Shown one piece after another: positions 1 through 8,582 of a stretch of DNA of 64,000 nt. The notes beneath the pieces are model-generated. The model did no database searches, was not told where the DNA came from, and saw only the letters and a list, made by a program, of their open reading frames with translations. Positions within the stretch are counted from its first letter, which is position 1, and each line of letters opens with the position of its first letter. Both the position numbers and the translations under genes were made by a program. Source of the stretch: Minisyncoccota bacterium. GTDB taxonomy: Bacteria > Patescibacteriota > Minisyncoccia > UBA6257 > 2-01-FULL-56-20. The stretch lies in NCBI GenBank assembly GCA_035541435.1, contig DATKNL010000002.1, positions 3,962 to 67,961 on the forward strand. The letters run 5' to 3'.

Positions 1-1
1 G

Positions 2-241
2 GGCTTCCCCGGGGATGTGAACAGCACCGACCTGGCTCATTGGGCCAGCGTCAAGGCTGACGAATTCCTGAGGGATGCCAAACTCAAACCGAACCAGACC
101 GCTGTCGCCGCCGACCGGGCCATCGTGCTCGAAAACGGCGGCAAGGGCGGATTGGAACTGGTCGAGTACAAGCGCCAGCCCGACGGAACCGTCGAGTGGG
201 TCCGCGGACGAAATATTCCGCACCTGAAGCTTGCAAACTGA
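2..241 (+). CDS. 3' end of a CDS continuing from upstream of the window (hypothetical protein, C-terminal 80 aa)
   Basis: Open frame from position 2 with no stop until 241; followed by a strong bidirectional terminator. Confidence 0.4.
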   Translation, partial: GFPGDVNSTDLAHWASVKADEFLRDAKLKPNQTAVAADRAIVLENGGKGGLELVEYKRQPDGTVEWVRGRNIPHLKLAN

Positions 242-267
242 CCAACCTCCGACAGATAAAAAAATCA

Positions 268-303
268 GGGCGAACCTCCTATGGAGATTCGCCCTTTTTC
301 TTT
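268..303. terminator. Bidirectional rho-independent terminator
   Basis: gggcgaa..ttcgccc hairpin followed by tttttcttt; A-run on the other side serves the convergent minus gene. Confidence 0.7.
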
Positions 304-305
304 GC

Positions 306-1892
306 TTATGGTCCGGTCTTCGGGCCGATCGCCATCAGGGTTACCCTGCGGCTGTTTGGTCCGTTTTCCGCACCGGGGATGGGATCCTGCTTACTGAACG
401 AGACTTGCTCTTCGAGCTGCGCGGGACTCATGTCCCCCAGATACTGCTTAAGGAGATAATAGACGACCCACGCCCTTCTGAGCGCGAGGCCGGCGTTGTA
501 ATCGTAGTCGGCCTCCTCGCTCGCGAAGCCGCGGACCTGCAGATGGCATTTCGGATTCTTCTTGATCCATTGGGCCATCAGCTCGATCCGGTCCTGCCAC
601 TCGTTCACGGGCCGGGATCCTGAACCTTCGGTCCAGAAGTCCCTGGCGTTCATGCGGTAGGGCCTGCCGGGTTCCACGCTCCCCCTCGCCGGCATGTCAT
701 AGGCGAAGTTGATCGTGAATTTCGGGAGGCTTGCGCACGGATCCGGTGGTGGCGGCGGCGGTATGAATGCCTGCTGCGCCGGAGCCGGTGCCGGGGGTGG
801 CAGGGTTGGCGTGGCCGGAGGGGCGGAAACCTGAGCCGATGTCGGCGGCTGGGGAAGCTCATAGCTCCCCGGGCCGAGACACATAACTACGACTTCCGTT
901 TCCTCCTGCCGTTCGACGACGTTCTTCCCGATGACACCGCCGGTTGCGAACGCAACGGCGTCATTATCGGATGATGGTTCGGTGATTCGCGCCGCAGAGC
1001 CGCCTGCGCCGATCGAAAAACCTTTCGTCACACCCTTCACGTGCGGACGGACGCGCGCAGCGCACCGGTTGCTTCCCGTCTTTTCGGCAAGCTCGCCGAG
1101 GACGGAATAGACGACCTGCAGCGGCGTCACATTTGCCGGCGCGATCACCGCGATCTCGCCGAGCACCCTGTCGTCGCGATAGCCCGCTTGTTCGGGCCAC
1201 CACGGGACAAGATGGACGCCGTCACCTTCCGCATCGACTTTCCCGAGAATCGCCATGTGGGTCCTCTTCAAACCCTTGAGGTCATGGGCGGTCTTCAGGT
1301 CGTCGCGCGGAATGACGCTGCCGGGACGGTATGCCTCCCAGTCGCCGTGGCTCGGGGCGTATCCGGGAAACGGTCCCGGCACGCCTGTGGGGCCCGCAGA
1401 GGCCCCGATGAAGCCGCGGCTCGTGTTGTTCGTGGTGTTGATCGTGATCTTGTTGTTCCCGGAATTTGACGAGCTCTGACTGCCGCTCGTCACCCCGTTC
1501 ACGTTGGAGCTCGCGTTGCTCGAGTTGTTCCCCGAGTTGTTCACGGAGCCGTTTGCGTTCACGGTCGCATTGGCGCTGCCGCCATTGCCACCGTTGCCGC
1601 CGGTCGCGGTCGTGTTGCCCACGGTCGCATTGCCGCCGGTCGCCGATGTGTTGCCGACCGTGGCGTTGCCGCCGCTTGCATTCGCGTTGCCGCCGGTGGC
1701 GTTCGCCGTGCCGGTGGCCTGCGAGTTCGACGTCGAATTGGCATTCGATGTCGATCCGGAGTCGGCCTGCGCGTTGGCGTTCGGCTGCGTGGTGTTGGGC
1801 TGGGTCGCGTTCGACCCGCCGTCCTGCCCGGCAGCCGCCAAGGCAAGGGCGATCCCAAGGATGGCTGCGGTCACTGCGTTTCTCATGATCAT
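306..1892 (-). CDS. Secreted N/T/S/G-rich low-complexity protein with Pro-rich linker, central unknown domain and OmpA-like C-terminal domain
   Basis: N-terminal signal peptide (AILGIALALAAA); ~170 aa of NAT/NTT/NTS/NAS repeats; PPPPPP linker; C-terminus LQVRGFASEEADYDYNAGLALRRAWVVYYLL resembles OmpA/MotB peptidoglycan-binding fold; GAGGAG RBS favours start at 1886. Confidence 0.6.
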   Translation of the reverse strand: MIMRNAVTAAILGIALALAAAGQDGGSNATQPNTTQPNANAQADSGSTSNANSTSNSQATGTANATGGNANASGGNATVGNTSATGGNATVGNTTATGGNGGNGGSANATVNANGSVNNSGNNSSNASSNVNGVTSGSQSSSNSGNNKITINTTNNTSRGFIGASAGPTGVPGPFPGYAPSHGDWEAYRPGSVIPRDDLKTAHDLKGLKRTHMAILGKVDAEGDGVHLVPWWPEQAGYRDDRVLGEIAVIAPANVTPLQVVYSVLGELAEKTGSNRCAARVRPHVKGVTKGFSIGAGGSAARITEPSSDNDAVAFATGGVIGKNVVERQEETEVVVMCLGPGSYELPQPPTSAQVSAPPATPTLPPPAPAPAQQAFIPPPPPPDPCASLPKFTINFAYDMPARGSVEPGRPYRMNARDFWTEGSGSRPVNEWQDRIELMAQWIKKNPKCHLQVRGFASEEADYDYNAGLALRRAWVVYYLLKQYLGDMSPAQLEEQVSFSKQDPIPGAENGPNSRRVTLMAIGPKTGP

Positions 1893-2130
1893 GTCTCCTC
1901 GCGGTTGGCGGGATCCCGCTTGCGCGGGCGCGCCTGGCTAAACGGAAGTGGCCTCGGTTTTGCTGGGCAAAACCAGGAACTTTGCTATGTCTCCTTTATC
2001 CATATTCGGTTATGAAGGAACGTTACGGCACGGGCTAGTTATTCCACATTTCGAGGAAAAAATCAAGTCCCCGCCTTGTGGACGTGCCCGAAACTATGAT
2101 ACGAATTAGGATAGAACGTTATATCGAGCA

Positions 2131-2784
2131 GTGCCTCAAGGGGGCGTTGTGGCCGCATCAGCGCAAGAGCTCAGGAAATTTCCCATCGCGATCGCGCTTG
2201 TCACGATCGGTGCCGTAACCGCGTTCAACCTCCAGGTCGTCATCCGCCATCCGCTCGCGTGGCTGGCGTGCATCTTCTATAGTCCCCTGGCCCACGGATG
2301 GCTCAGGTCGTCCAACTACGATCCGAACCTCATCCGGGCCTGGACCGTCGTCCTCGCGAACTGCGGCGCCGTCCTTTATTGGACGCTCGCCTTTCTCGAC
2401 TTCGACCGCATTCGAGGATTCGCGCGCCTTCGCTCTGCGGTCATCTCGACCGGCGGCAGGACGAGCCGCGCGAAACCGTCGTATCCCGCGATCTTCCTCG
2501 GCCTCATCGCCGAGGTGGGATACGGCCTCGCGCTCGCCCGGCTGAGCGACGCGCATGCCGGCGTCGTCCTGTTCTTCGTGGTCGCCATCACGACGATCCG
2601 CAACCTCGTCTGGCATTCCGTCATCGGGTTCGCCCTCGGCATCTCCCCGTTCGTCGGCCACCACGTAGCCCTCCTTGCGTTCGCGCTCTCGCTCGTCATG
2701 TTCGGCCTTTCGTTCCTTTCGGGACGGATCGGCGCATCGGCCTCAAAGCCCGTCCCGGTCCCCGAATTCGATCCGGCCGAATGA
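2131..2784 (+). CDS. Hypothetical polytopic membrane protein (GTG start as listed; true start uncertain)
   Basis: Multiple hydrophobic helices; ends just before bidirectional terminator. Confidence 0.4.
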   Translation: MPQGGVVAASAQELRKFPIAIALVTIGAVTAFNLQVVIRHPLAWLACIFYSPLAHGWLRSSNYDPNLIRAWTVVLANCGAVLYWTLAFLDFDRIRGFARLRSAVISTGGRTSRAKPSYPAIFLGLIAEVGYGLALARLSDAHAGVVLFFVVAITTIRNLVWHSVIGFALGISPFVGHHVALLAFALSLVMFGLSFLSGRIGASASKPVPVPEFDPAE

Positions 2785-2804
2785 CAGCCCCCGTTCCCCA
2801 TAAC

Positions 2805-2829
2805 AAAACCCCTCGTCATGAGGGGTTTT
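2805..2829. terminator. Bidirectional terminator (perfect 10-bp stem aaaacccctc/gaggggtttt)
   Basis: Seen directly; lies between convergent genes 2131-2784(+) and 2858-3253(-). Confidence 0.7.
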
Positions 2830-2857
2830 CCTTATGCGGCAGGCCGCTGCCGGCGCG

Positions 2858-3253
2858 CTATTGGCCGCCCAGCAGACCGCGGACGCGGCCCGCGATCACG
2901 TCGAGGTCGGACGTCTTGTCGATGAAGTCGTCCATGCCCATGCCCTTGGTCACGTCGCTGCGGTCGGCGGTGATCGTCGGCCACGGATCCTTCATGTTGC
3001 TCAGGAACGCGATGCGGATGTCCTTCGTGTCGGGATGGTTCTTGATGCTCAGGGCCGCGTCGGTGCCGGTCTCGCCCGGCATGTGGATGTCCATCAGGAT
3101 GAGGTCGGGGTGCAGCTTGAACGCGGCGTCGACGGCCTCCTGCGCGTTGAACGCGACGACCGGCTCGAATCCGGCTTCGGCAAGCTTCGTCGAGACGATC
3201 TCGAGGATATTCTGCTCGTCATCGACGACGAGGATGAGCGGTTTGTCCCTCAT
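2858..3253 (-). CDS. Stand-alone response regulator receiver (CheY-like)
   Basis: LILVVDDE, phospho-acceptor [10 protein letters not shown], conserved S/T and K positions; no output domain. Confidence 0.75.
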   Translation of the reverse strand: MRDKPLILVVDDEQNILEIVSTKLAEAGFEPVVAFNAQEAVDAAFKLHPDLILMDIHMPGETGTDAALSIKNHPDTKDIRIAFLSNMKDPWPTITADRSDVTKGMGMDDFIDKTSDLDVIAGRVRGLLGGQ

Positions 3254-3261
3254 GCTGGATG

Positions 3262-3657
3262 TCAGGCGAGGAAGCTCTTGATGTGCGAGGCGAGGACGTC
3301 GAGGTCGTCGGTCTTCTTGAGATAGCCCTGCGCGCCGAAGTCCTCGGAGAACTTGATGTTGAGCTGCTGCATGTCGAGCCGCGGGTCGCCGAGGCTCGTG
3401 AGGAACGCCACCTTGACGCCCTTCACGGCCGGATCCTCGTCGGCGCGGATCGCGAGCACGGCGGCGGCGCCGTCCATCACCGGCATGTTGACGTCCATGA
3501 GGACGAGGGCCGGCTTGAGCTCCTTCACCTTCTTGACCCCTTCCTCGCCGTTCGCGGCGGTTTCGACGCGGTAGCCCTCGGAACCGAGCTTCATGCCGAA
3601 GATCTCGCGAAAGTTCGCGTCGTCGTCGACTATCAGGATGAGCGGTTGATCAGCCAT
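3262..3657 (-). CDS. Stand-alone response regulator receiver (CheY-like), second of a tandem pair
   Basis: [33 protein letters not shown]; start at internal ATG 3657, the longer ORF is a high-GC extension. Confidence 0.75.
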   Translation of the reverse strand: MADQPLILIVDDDANFREIFGMKLGSEGYRVETAANGEEGVKKVKELKPALVLMDVNMPVMDGAAAVLAIRADEDPAVKGVKVAFLTSLGDPRLDMQQLNIKFSEDFGAQGYLKKTDDLDVLASHIKSFLA

Positions 3658-3696
3658 GGATTTTTTATTATTATAGCACAGAACCCATCCGGGACC

Positions 3697-4425
3697 ATGG
3701 CACAAGGCACCATCATCGAAATACGCGCGGGGGCCGGCGGCGACGAAGCCGCCATTTTTGCGGGCGACCTGGCGCGCATGTATCAGCGGTATTCGGCGAA
3801 GCGCGGCTGGCGCTTTTCGATCCTTGACGCCAACGAGACGTCGCTTCAGGGCTACAAGTCCCTGGTGGCCGAGGTCGCGGGCGAAGGCTCCTATGAGGCC
3901 TTCGAGCACGAGTCGGGCGTGCACCGGGTGCAGCGCATCCCGAAGACCGAACGGTCGGGCCGCGTCCACACCTCGACCGCCTCGGTCGCCGTCCTGCCGA
4001 TCGTCGAGGCCCGCGAGGTGAACATCAACCCGAACGACCTCGAGGTGACCTTCTCGCGCGCCGGCGGTCCCGGCGGACAGAACGTCAACAAGGTTGAGAC
4101 GGCCGTGCGCATCCTGCACAAGCCGACCGGCATCGTGGTCGCCTCGCGCGAGGAACGCTCGCAGCACGCGAACCGCGAAAAGGCGCTCGCCGTCCTGCGC
4201 GCCAAGCTTCACGAGATCGAGACCCAGCGCGCGACGGGCAACGTGACCGATCTGCGCCGCGAGCAGATCGGCTCGGCCGACCGCTCGGAGAAGATCCGGA
4301 CCTACAACTTTCCCGACGACCGCATCACCGACCACCGGATCGGCAAGAAGTGGCACAACATCGAGAAGATCCTCGAAGGCGATATGGACGGCATCGTGAA
4401 GGCGTTCGAGTCGGGCGGCAAATAA
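3697..4425 (+). CDS. Class I peptide chain release factor, RF1-like, lacking N-terminal domain 1 (243 aa)
   Basis: Starts at the RAGAGGDEA motif (domain 2); [20 protein letters not shown] (PxT-type tripeptide is PKT); GGQ motif ([11 protein letters not shown]); [17 protein letters not shown]-terminal domain. The upstream in-frame region is antisense to a receiver gene and is not RF-like. Confidence 0.75.
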   Translation: MAQGTIIEIRAGAGGDEAAIFAGDLARMYQRYSAKRGWRFSILDANETSLQGYKSLVAEVAGEGSYEAFEHESGVHRVQRIPKTERSGRVHTSTASVAVLPIVEAREVNINPNDLEVTFSRAGGPGGQNVNKVETAVRILHKPTGIVVASREERSQHANREKALAVLRAKLHEIETQRATGNVTDLRREQIGSADRSEKIRTYNFPDDRITDHRIGKKWHNIEKILEGDMDGIVKAFESGGK

Positions 4426-4428
4426 CCG

Positions 4429-4920
4429 CTATTCCTTGCCGGCGATCAGCTCGGCGACTTCCTCGATCTCCTCGGGAATGCCGTCGATCATGTCGTACTG
4501 CTTCGCTTCCTGCGCCGTCACCCAGGCGACCTCGGTGAGGTCCTTGCCCGGTTTGGGGTTGCCGCTCTTGTACAGGCACCAGAACGACATCGTGACGACG
4601 GGATAGCCGTCGGGCCGCACGAACGCGAGGTCGGTAAGGTAATGGATCTTGTCGCCGATCTCGACGTTCACCTCTTCCCGCACCTCTTTGCGCACGAGCC
4701 AGTCCATGGTGTTGTACCACTGCGGATATTGCGTCTTGTACGGCAGCTTCTCATATTCGCTGCGCACGAGCTTGCCGCCGGGAACCGTCCACTTGTTCGG
4801 AAAGGCCTTCTCGGTCGCCGCGCGCTTCGCGATGAGGAACCGCACGACGCCGTCGTCGCCCTTCTTCGCGATGATCGCGGTCGCCGTGACGAAATGCAGC
4901 CGGGGGTCGAGCTCGCTCAT
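4429..4920 (-). CDS. NUDIX-family hydrolase
   Basis: GGKLVRSE...REEVNVEIG Nudix-box-like segment; size 163 aa. Confidence 0.55.
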   Translation of the reverse strand: MSELDPRLHFVTATAIIAKKGDDGVVRFLIAKRAATEKAFPNKWTVPGGKLVRSEYEKLPYKTQYPQWYNTMDWLVRKEVREEVNVEIGDKIHYLTDLAFVRPDGYPVVTMSFWCLYKSGNPKPGKDLTEVAWVTAQEAKQYDMIDGIPEEIEEVAELIAGKE

Positions 4921-4928
4921 GGGATCGG

Positions 4929-5516
4929 TTATTCGTCGACGCCGAAACGCTTATAGCTGTAGATCTTGGCGTTCTTGCCGAACCAATGCTCAATCTCGTG
5001 CTTCGCCTCTTCGGGCGTCTCTGATGCGTGGATCAGGTTCATGACGGCCCGCTTTTCCTTGTTGGCAAGAAGCGGCGAATCGATCGAGAAGTCGCCTCGG
5101 ATCGTGCCGATTTCGGCCATATACGGCAGCGTCGGGCCTGCAATCTTGCGGACGACATCGACCGCATGGATTCCCTGGACGATCATGCGAACCAAGGGAG
5201 CCGCCATCATATAGTTGATAAGCCATTCACGGACGTTCCTACCGATCTCAAGGTCCTGGGTCATGCCAAGTTCATCCATGGGGTCAAGGCCATATTTTTC
5301 ATATGTCTTTAACGTCTTTTGGCCGAGGCGCGCGATCCAGGCCTCGTCCTTCGGATAGTGGTCGTCGATCTGCTGACGTGTCGGCTGGAACATCTCAAGG
5401 GCGACGATCTTCAGGTCGCGCTGTTCGAACCGCCTGATGACTTCGCCGATCAATCCTTTCTGAACGCCGTCGGGCTTCAGCATCACGTATGTCCGCTCCT
5501 CTTTCGGATGTGCCAT
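4929..5516 (-). CDS. ndk: Nucleoside diphosphate kinase (long form with internal insertion)
   Basis: TYVMLKPDGVQKGLIGEVIRRFE, NLIHASE (active-site His) motifs. Confidence 0.8.
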   Translation of the reverse strand: MAHPKEERTYVMLKPDGVQKGLIGEVIRRFEQRDLKIVALEMFQPTRQQIDDHYPKDEAWIARLGQKTLKTYEKYGLDPMDELGMTQDLEIGRNVREWLINYMMAAPLVRMIVQGIHAVDVVRKIAGPTLPYMAEIGTIRGDFSIDSPLLANKEKRAVMNLIHASETPEEAKHEIEHWFGKNAKIYSYKRFGVDE

Positions 5517-5520
5517 GGTT

Positions 5521-6906
5521 TTATTGTTTTTTAGTCTTTATTTCCAATCCTAGGTCATTGAGCTGCTTCTTGTCCACGTTCGAGGGCGACCCCATCATCG
5601 GATCGCGCCCGTCGCCCGTCTTCGGGAACGCGATTACCTCGCGGATGTTCGGCTCGGCGGCGAGGAGCGAGACGAACCGGTCGAGCCCCCAGGCGATGCC
5701 GCCGTGGGGCGGCGCGCCGCTCGCCAGGGCCTCGAGCATGTGGCGGAACTTCGCGTCGATCTCGTCGTCCGCGTATCCCATGATCTGGAAGACCGTCCGG
5801 AGCGCCTCGGGCCGATGGTTGCGGATGCTGCCGCCCCCGATCTCGAGCCCGTTCATCGCGACGTCATACTGCGTCGTAAGGATGTCGCCAACGTTGCGCT
5901 TGGCCATGAGGTCATCCATGAACTCCGGCTTCGGGGCCGAGAACGGGTTGTGGGTGAAGGTCCATCCGCCCTCTTCGGTCTTCTCGAAAAACGGAAAATC
6001 GAGCACCCAGCAGAACGCGAGCGTGTTCGGGTCGGTCTTGTCCTCGCGAATGTCGGGCCGGTCGGTACCGTACTTCTCCATCGCTTCGCGGTACGTGATG
6101 CGCGGGAACGGGACCTGTTGGATCTTCTTCTCGGGCGCAAGCTTCTTCACGATGGCGATGAGCAGCTCCTCGTTCAGCGCGAGGACGTCCTCCTGTTCGA
6201 CGAAGCTCATCTCCATGTCGAGCTGCGTGAATTCCGGCTGGCGGTCGCCGCGCGTGTCCTCGTCGCGGAAGCACCGCGCGATCTGGAAGTATTTCTCGAT
6301 GCCGCCCACCATGAGCAGCTGCTTGTATTGCTGGGGCGACTGCGGCAGGGCATAGAAATGGCCCTGCTCGATGCGCGACGGCACGAGATAGTCGCGCGCG
6401 CCTTCGGGCGTCGACTTCGTGAGGTTCGGCGTCTCGATCTCGAGGAATCCCCGCTCGTCGAGGAAGTCGCGGATGAACTTGATCATGCGGTGGCGGAGCG
6501 TCAGGTTGTTCTTCAAACGCTCGCGGCGCAGGTCGAGGTAGCGGTACTGCAGCCGCTTCTCCTCGTTGATGTCATAGCCGTCGGAATCGACGGGGATCGG
6601 CAGCTCGCGCGCGGCGTTCAGGATCTCGAGCCCGGTCGCTCCGACCTCGAACTGCCCGGTCTGGATCTTGTCGTTCACCATGTTCGGCGGGCGGCGCTTG
6701 ACCGTTCCCGTCACCTTCACGACGTACTCGAGCCTCAGGTCTCGCGCGGCCGCGACGTCCGGCCCGAAGACGACCTGCGCGAAACCGCTCCGGTCGCGGA
6801 GGTCGATGAACACGAGCTTGCCGTGGTCGCGGCGGGCGTGCACCCAGCCACAGAGCTGGACATTCTTGCCCTCATTCTGAATAATATCGGCAATGGGGAT
6901 CCGCAT
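5521..6906 (-). CDS. aspS: Aspartyl-tRNA synthetase, compact form without GAD insertion domain
   Basis: Class II motifs FRDEDTRGDRQPEFTQLDMEMSF, GGSIRNH, GLDRFV; start MRIPIADI at 6906; the upstream part of the long ORF is an artefact. Confidence 0.85.
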   Translation of the reverse strand: MRIPIADIIQNEGKNVQLCGWVHARRDHGKLVFIDLRDRSGFAQVVFGPDVAAARDLRLEYVVKVTGTVKRRPPNMVNDKIQTGQFEVGATGLEILNAARELPIPVDSDGYDINEEKRLQYRYLDLRRERLKNNLTLRHRMIKFIRDFLDERGFLEIETPNLTKSTPEGARDYLVPSRIEQGHFYALPQSPQQYKQLLMVGGIEKYFQIARCFRDEDTRGDRQPEFTQLDMEMSFVEQEDVLALNEELLIAIVKKLAPEKKIQQVPFPRITYREAMEKYGTDRPDIREDKTDPNTLAFCWVLDFPFFEKTEEGGWTFTHNPFSAPKPEFMDDLMAKRNVGDILTTQYDVAMNGLEIGGGSIRNHRPEALRTVFQIMGYADDEIDAKFRHMLEALASGAPPHGGIAWGLDRFVSLLAAEPNIREVIAFPKTGDGRDPMMGSPSNVDKKQLNDLGLEIKTKKQ

Positions 6907-6936
6907 ATTCCGTATATTTGTTATGGTAATATTACT
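6907..6936. promoter_or_regulatory. AT-rich 30-bp divergent promoter region between aspS(-) and mgtC-like(+)
   Basis: cgtatatttgttatggtaatattact; -10-like hexamers close to both start codons. Confidence 0.4.
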
Positions 6937-7398
6937 ATGATGCTGAGTTTTGAACAACTGCTTGGACGGTTCGTCGTGGCCCTCGTCGTAGGAGCCATTT
7001 TGGGCATCGAGCGCGAGCTCGTCGGCAAGGAGGCCGGCGTACGGACCGAGATGCTTGTCGCGGGCGGCGCCTCGATCTTCACCATGATCGGACTCATCCT
7101 TCCCTACGTGGCGGCTGCGAACGCGCATCTCGCGCCCGATGCGGCGACGATCACGAGCGGCTTCGGCATCGTCGCGAACATCGTGGTCGGCATCGGATTC
7201 CTCGGCGCGGGACTCATTTTGCACAACGGCGACCACATCAGGAACCTCACGACGGCGGCGATCGTCTGGATGACCGCCGCGATCGGCATCCTGGCCGGCC
7301 TCGGCCTTTTTGAATTCGCGTTCGCGACGGCGGTCATCGTGGCGGTCGTCCTCTATGCGCTGCGGGCCCTCAGGTTCAGCGAGGCATCCCTCAAATGA
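6937..7398 (+). CDS. mgtC: MgtC/SapB family membrane protein
   Basis: GAILGIERE signature, 4 TM helices. Confidence 0.7.
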   Translation: MMLSFEQLLGRFVVALVVGAILGIERELVGKEAGVRTEMLVAGGASIFTMIGLILPYVAAANAHLAPDAATITSGFGIVANIVVGIGFLGAGLILHNGDHIRNLTTAAIVWMTAAIGILAGLGLFEFAFATAVIVAVVLYALRALRFSEASLK

Positions 7399-8519
7399 CG
7401 AAACTCTATTACCATTGGATCAACCGCCCAACCGCGGGCGAGTTCAGGACCGGCGTTTCGCTTCACGGCCACACGTCGCGTTCCAACGAGAACCTGGCGT
7501 TCCTGCCGGGCGTGATCGAGGGAACGATGTTCCTGCCGAGCGTGATGCGCTGGGCCGAGAAGCACCACCGCCGCAAGTGGCACGAGGAGTTCGACTACAG
7601 CCGCGGCTATTGGAACTCCCCCGTCCTTCCCGAGCAGGCCTATGACCTCGAGGCCAAGCAGATCGCCGACGAGGGCCTTGAACCGCTCGTCTCGCTCACC
7701 GACCATGACGCGGTCGCCGCGTGCGCGGAGCTGCGCGCCAAGGACCGCCCCGTTCCCACGTCGCTCGAGTGGACGGCGCCCTATAAGACGGCGGTCTTCC
7801 ATATCGGGCTGCACAACATCCCTCAGGAGCACGCCGATGGGCTCCTGAAGGCGCTCCGCGACTATACGGCGAAGCCCGATCCTGCGACGCTCCGCGACAT
7901 CCTGAAGCACACGCACGGCATGCCTGACGCGCTCATCGTCCTCAACCATCCGCTCTCGGACCAGGGACGTATCGGCTTCGAGATCCATGTCTCGATGGTG
8001 GACGACTTCCTGTCGAACTTCGGCGACTTCATCCACGCGCTCGAGCTGAACGCCCTGCAGCCGTGGGATATGAACCGCCGCGTCGCCGCGATCGGCACCC
8101 GCGTGCGCCTGCCGCTCATTTCGGGCGGCGACCGCCACGGCTTCGAGCCGAACGGCGCCATCAACCTTACGAACGCGACGACGTTCGCCGACTTCGCCCA
8201 CGAGATCCGCGACAAGAAGAGCGCGCTCCTCTTCATGCCGCAGACCAAGGAATCGCTCCGCTACCGCTACGCCGAGAACGTGCGCATGATCATGGACTAT
8301 TATCCGAACCTCGGCCCCCAGGCCGCCTGGTTCAGCCGCATCTTCTATCAGTGCCCCGACGGCGTCGTGCGGACCTTCGGCGAGCTCGTCGGCAGGCGCT
8401 ACCGGGCGCTCGATATCACGACGCTCGCGCTCGGCTTTTTCAGTTCGGCCGTGGACCAGATCGTGCGGCCCGTCGCGCCGATCTTCTCAGGTTCGGACAA
8501 GCAGAAGGTCATCGGCTAG
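7395..8519 (+). CDS. PHP-domain (polymerase/histidinol-phosphatase-like) metal-dependent phosphoesterase
   Basis: SLHGHTSRS, LTDHD, GGDRH motifs; ATGA overlap with mgtC-like stop (translational coupling). Confidence 0.5.
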   Translation: MTKLYYHWINRPTAGEFRTGVSLHGHTSRSNENLAFLPGVIEGTMFLPSVMRWAEKHHRRKWHEEFDYSRGYWNSPVLPEQAYDLEAKQIADEGLEPLVSLTDHDAVAACAELRAKDRPVPTSLEWTAPYKTAVFHIGLHNIPQEHADGLLKALRDYTAKPDPATLRDILKHTHGMPDALIVLNHPLSDQGRIGFEIHVSMVDDFLSNFGDFIHALELNALQPWDMNRRVAAIGTRVRLPLISGGDRHGFEPNGAINLTNATTFADFAHEIRDKKSALLFMPQTKESLRYRYAENVRMIMDYYPNLGPQAAWFSRIFYQCPDGVVRTFGELVGRRYRALDITTLALGFFSSAVDQIVRPVAPIFSGSDKQKVIG

Positions 8520-8582
8520 CGGGCGGGCTGGTTGAAAGACTGCGGGCCGGCCGAAAAACGAATCGCGCGTAAAGCGCGTTTT

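Noticed and set aside
3259-3696. N-terminal 146-aa extension of the release-factor ORF
   Set aside because: Antisense to the second receiver gene and shows no RF domain-1 (coiled-coil) character; true start is ATG 3697
5704-6936. N-terminal 410 aa of the 564-aa plus-strand ORF
   Set aside because: Antisense to aspS; only the C-terminal 154 aa (MgtC-like, from ATG 6937) is credible
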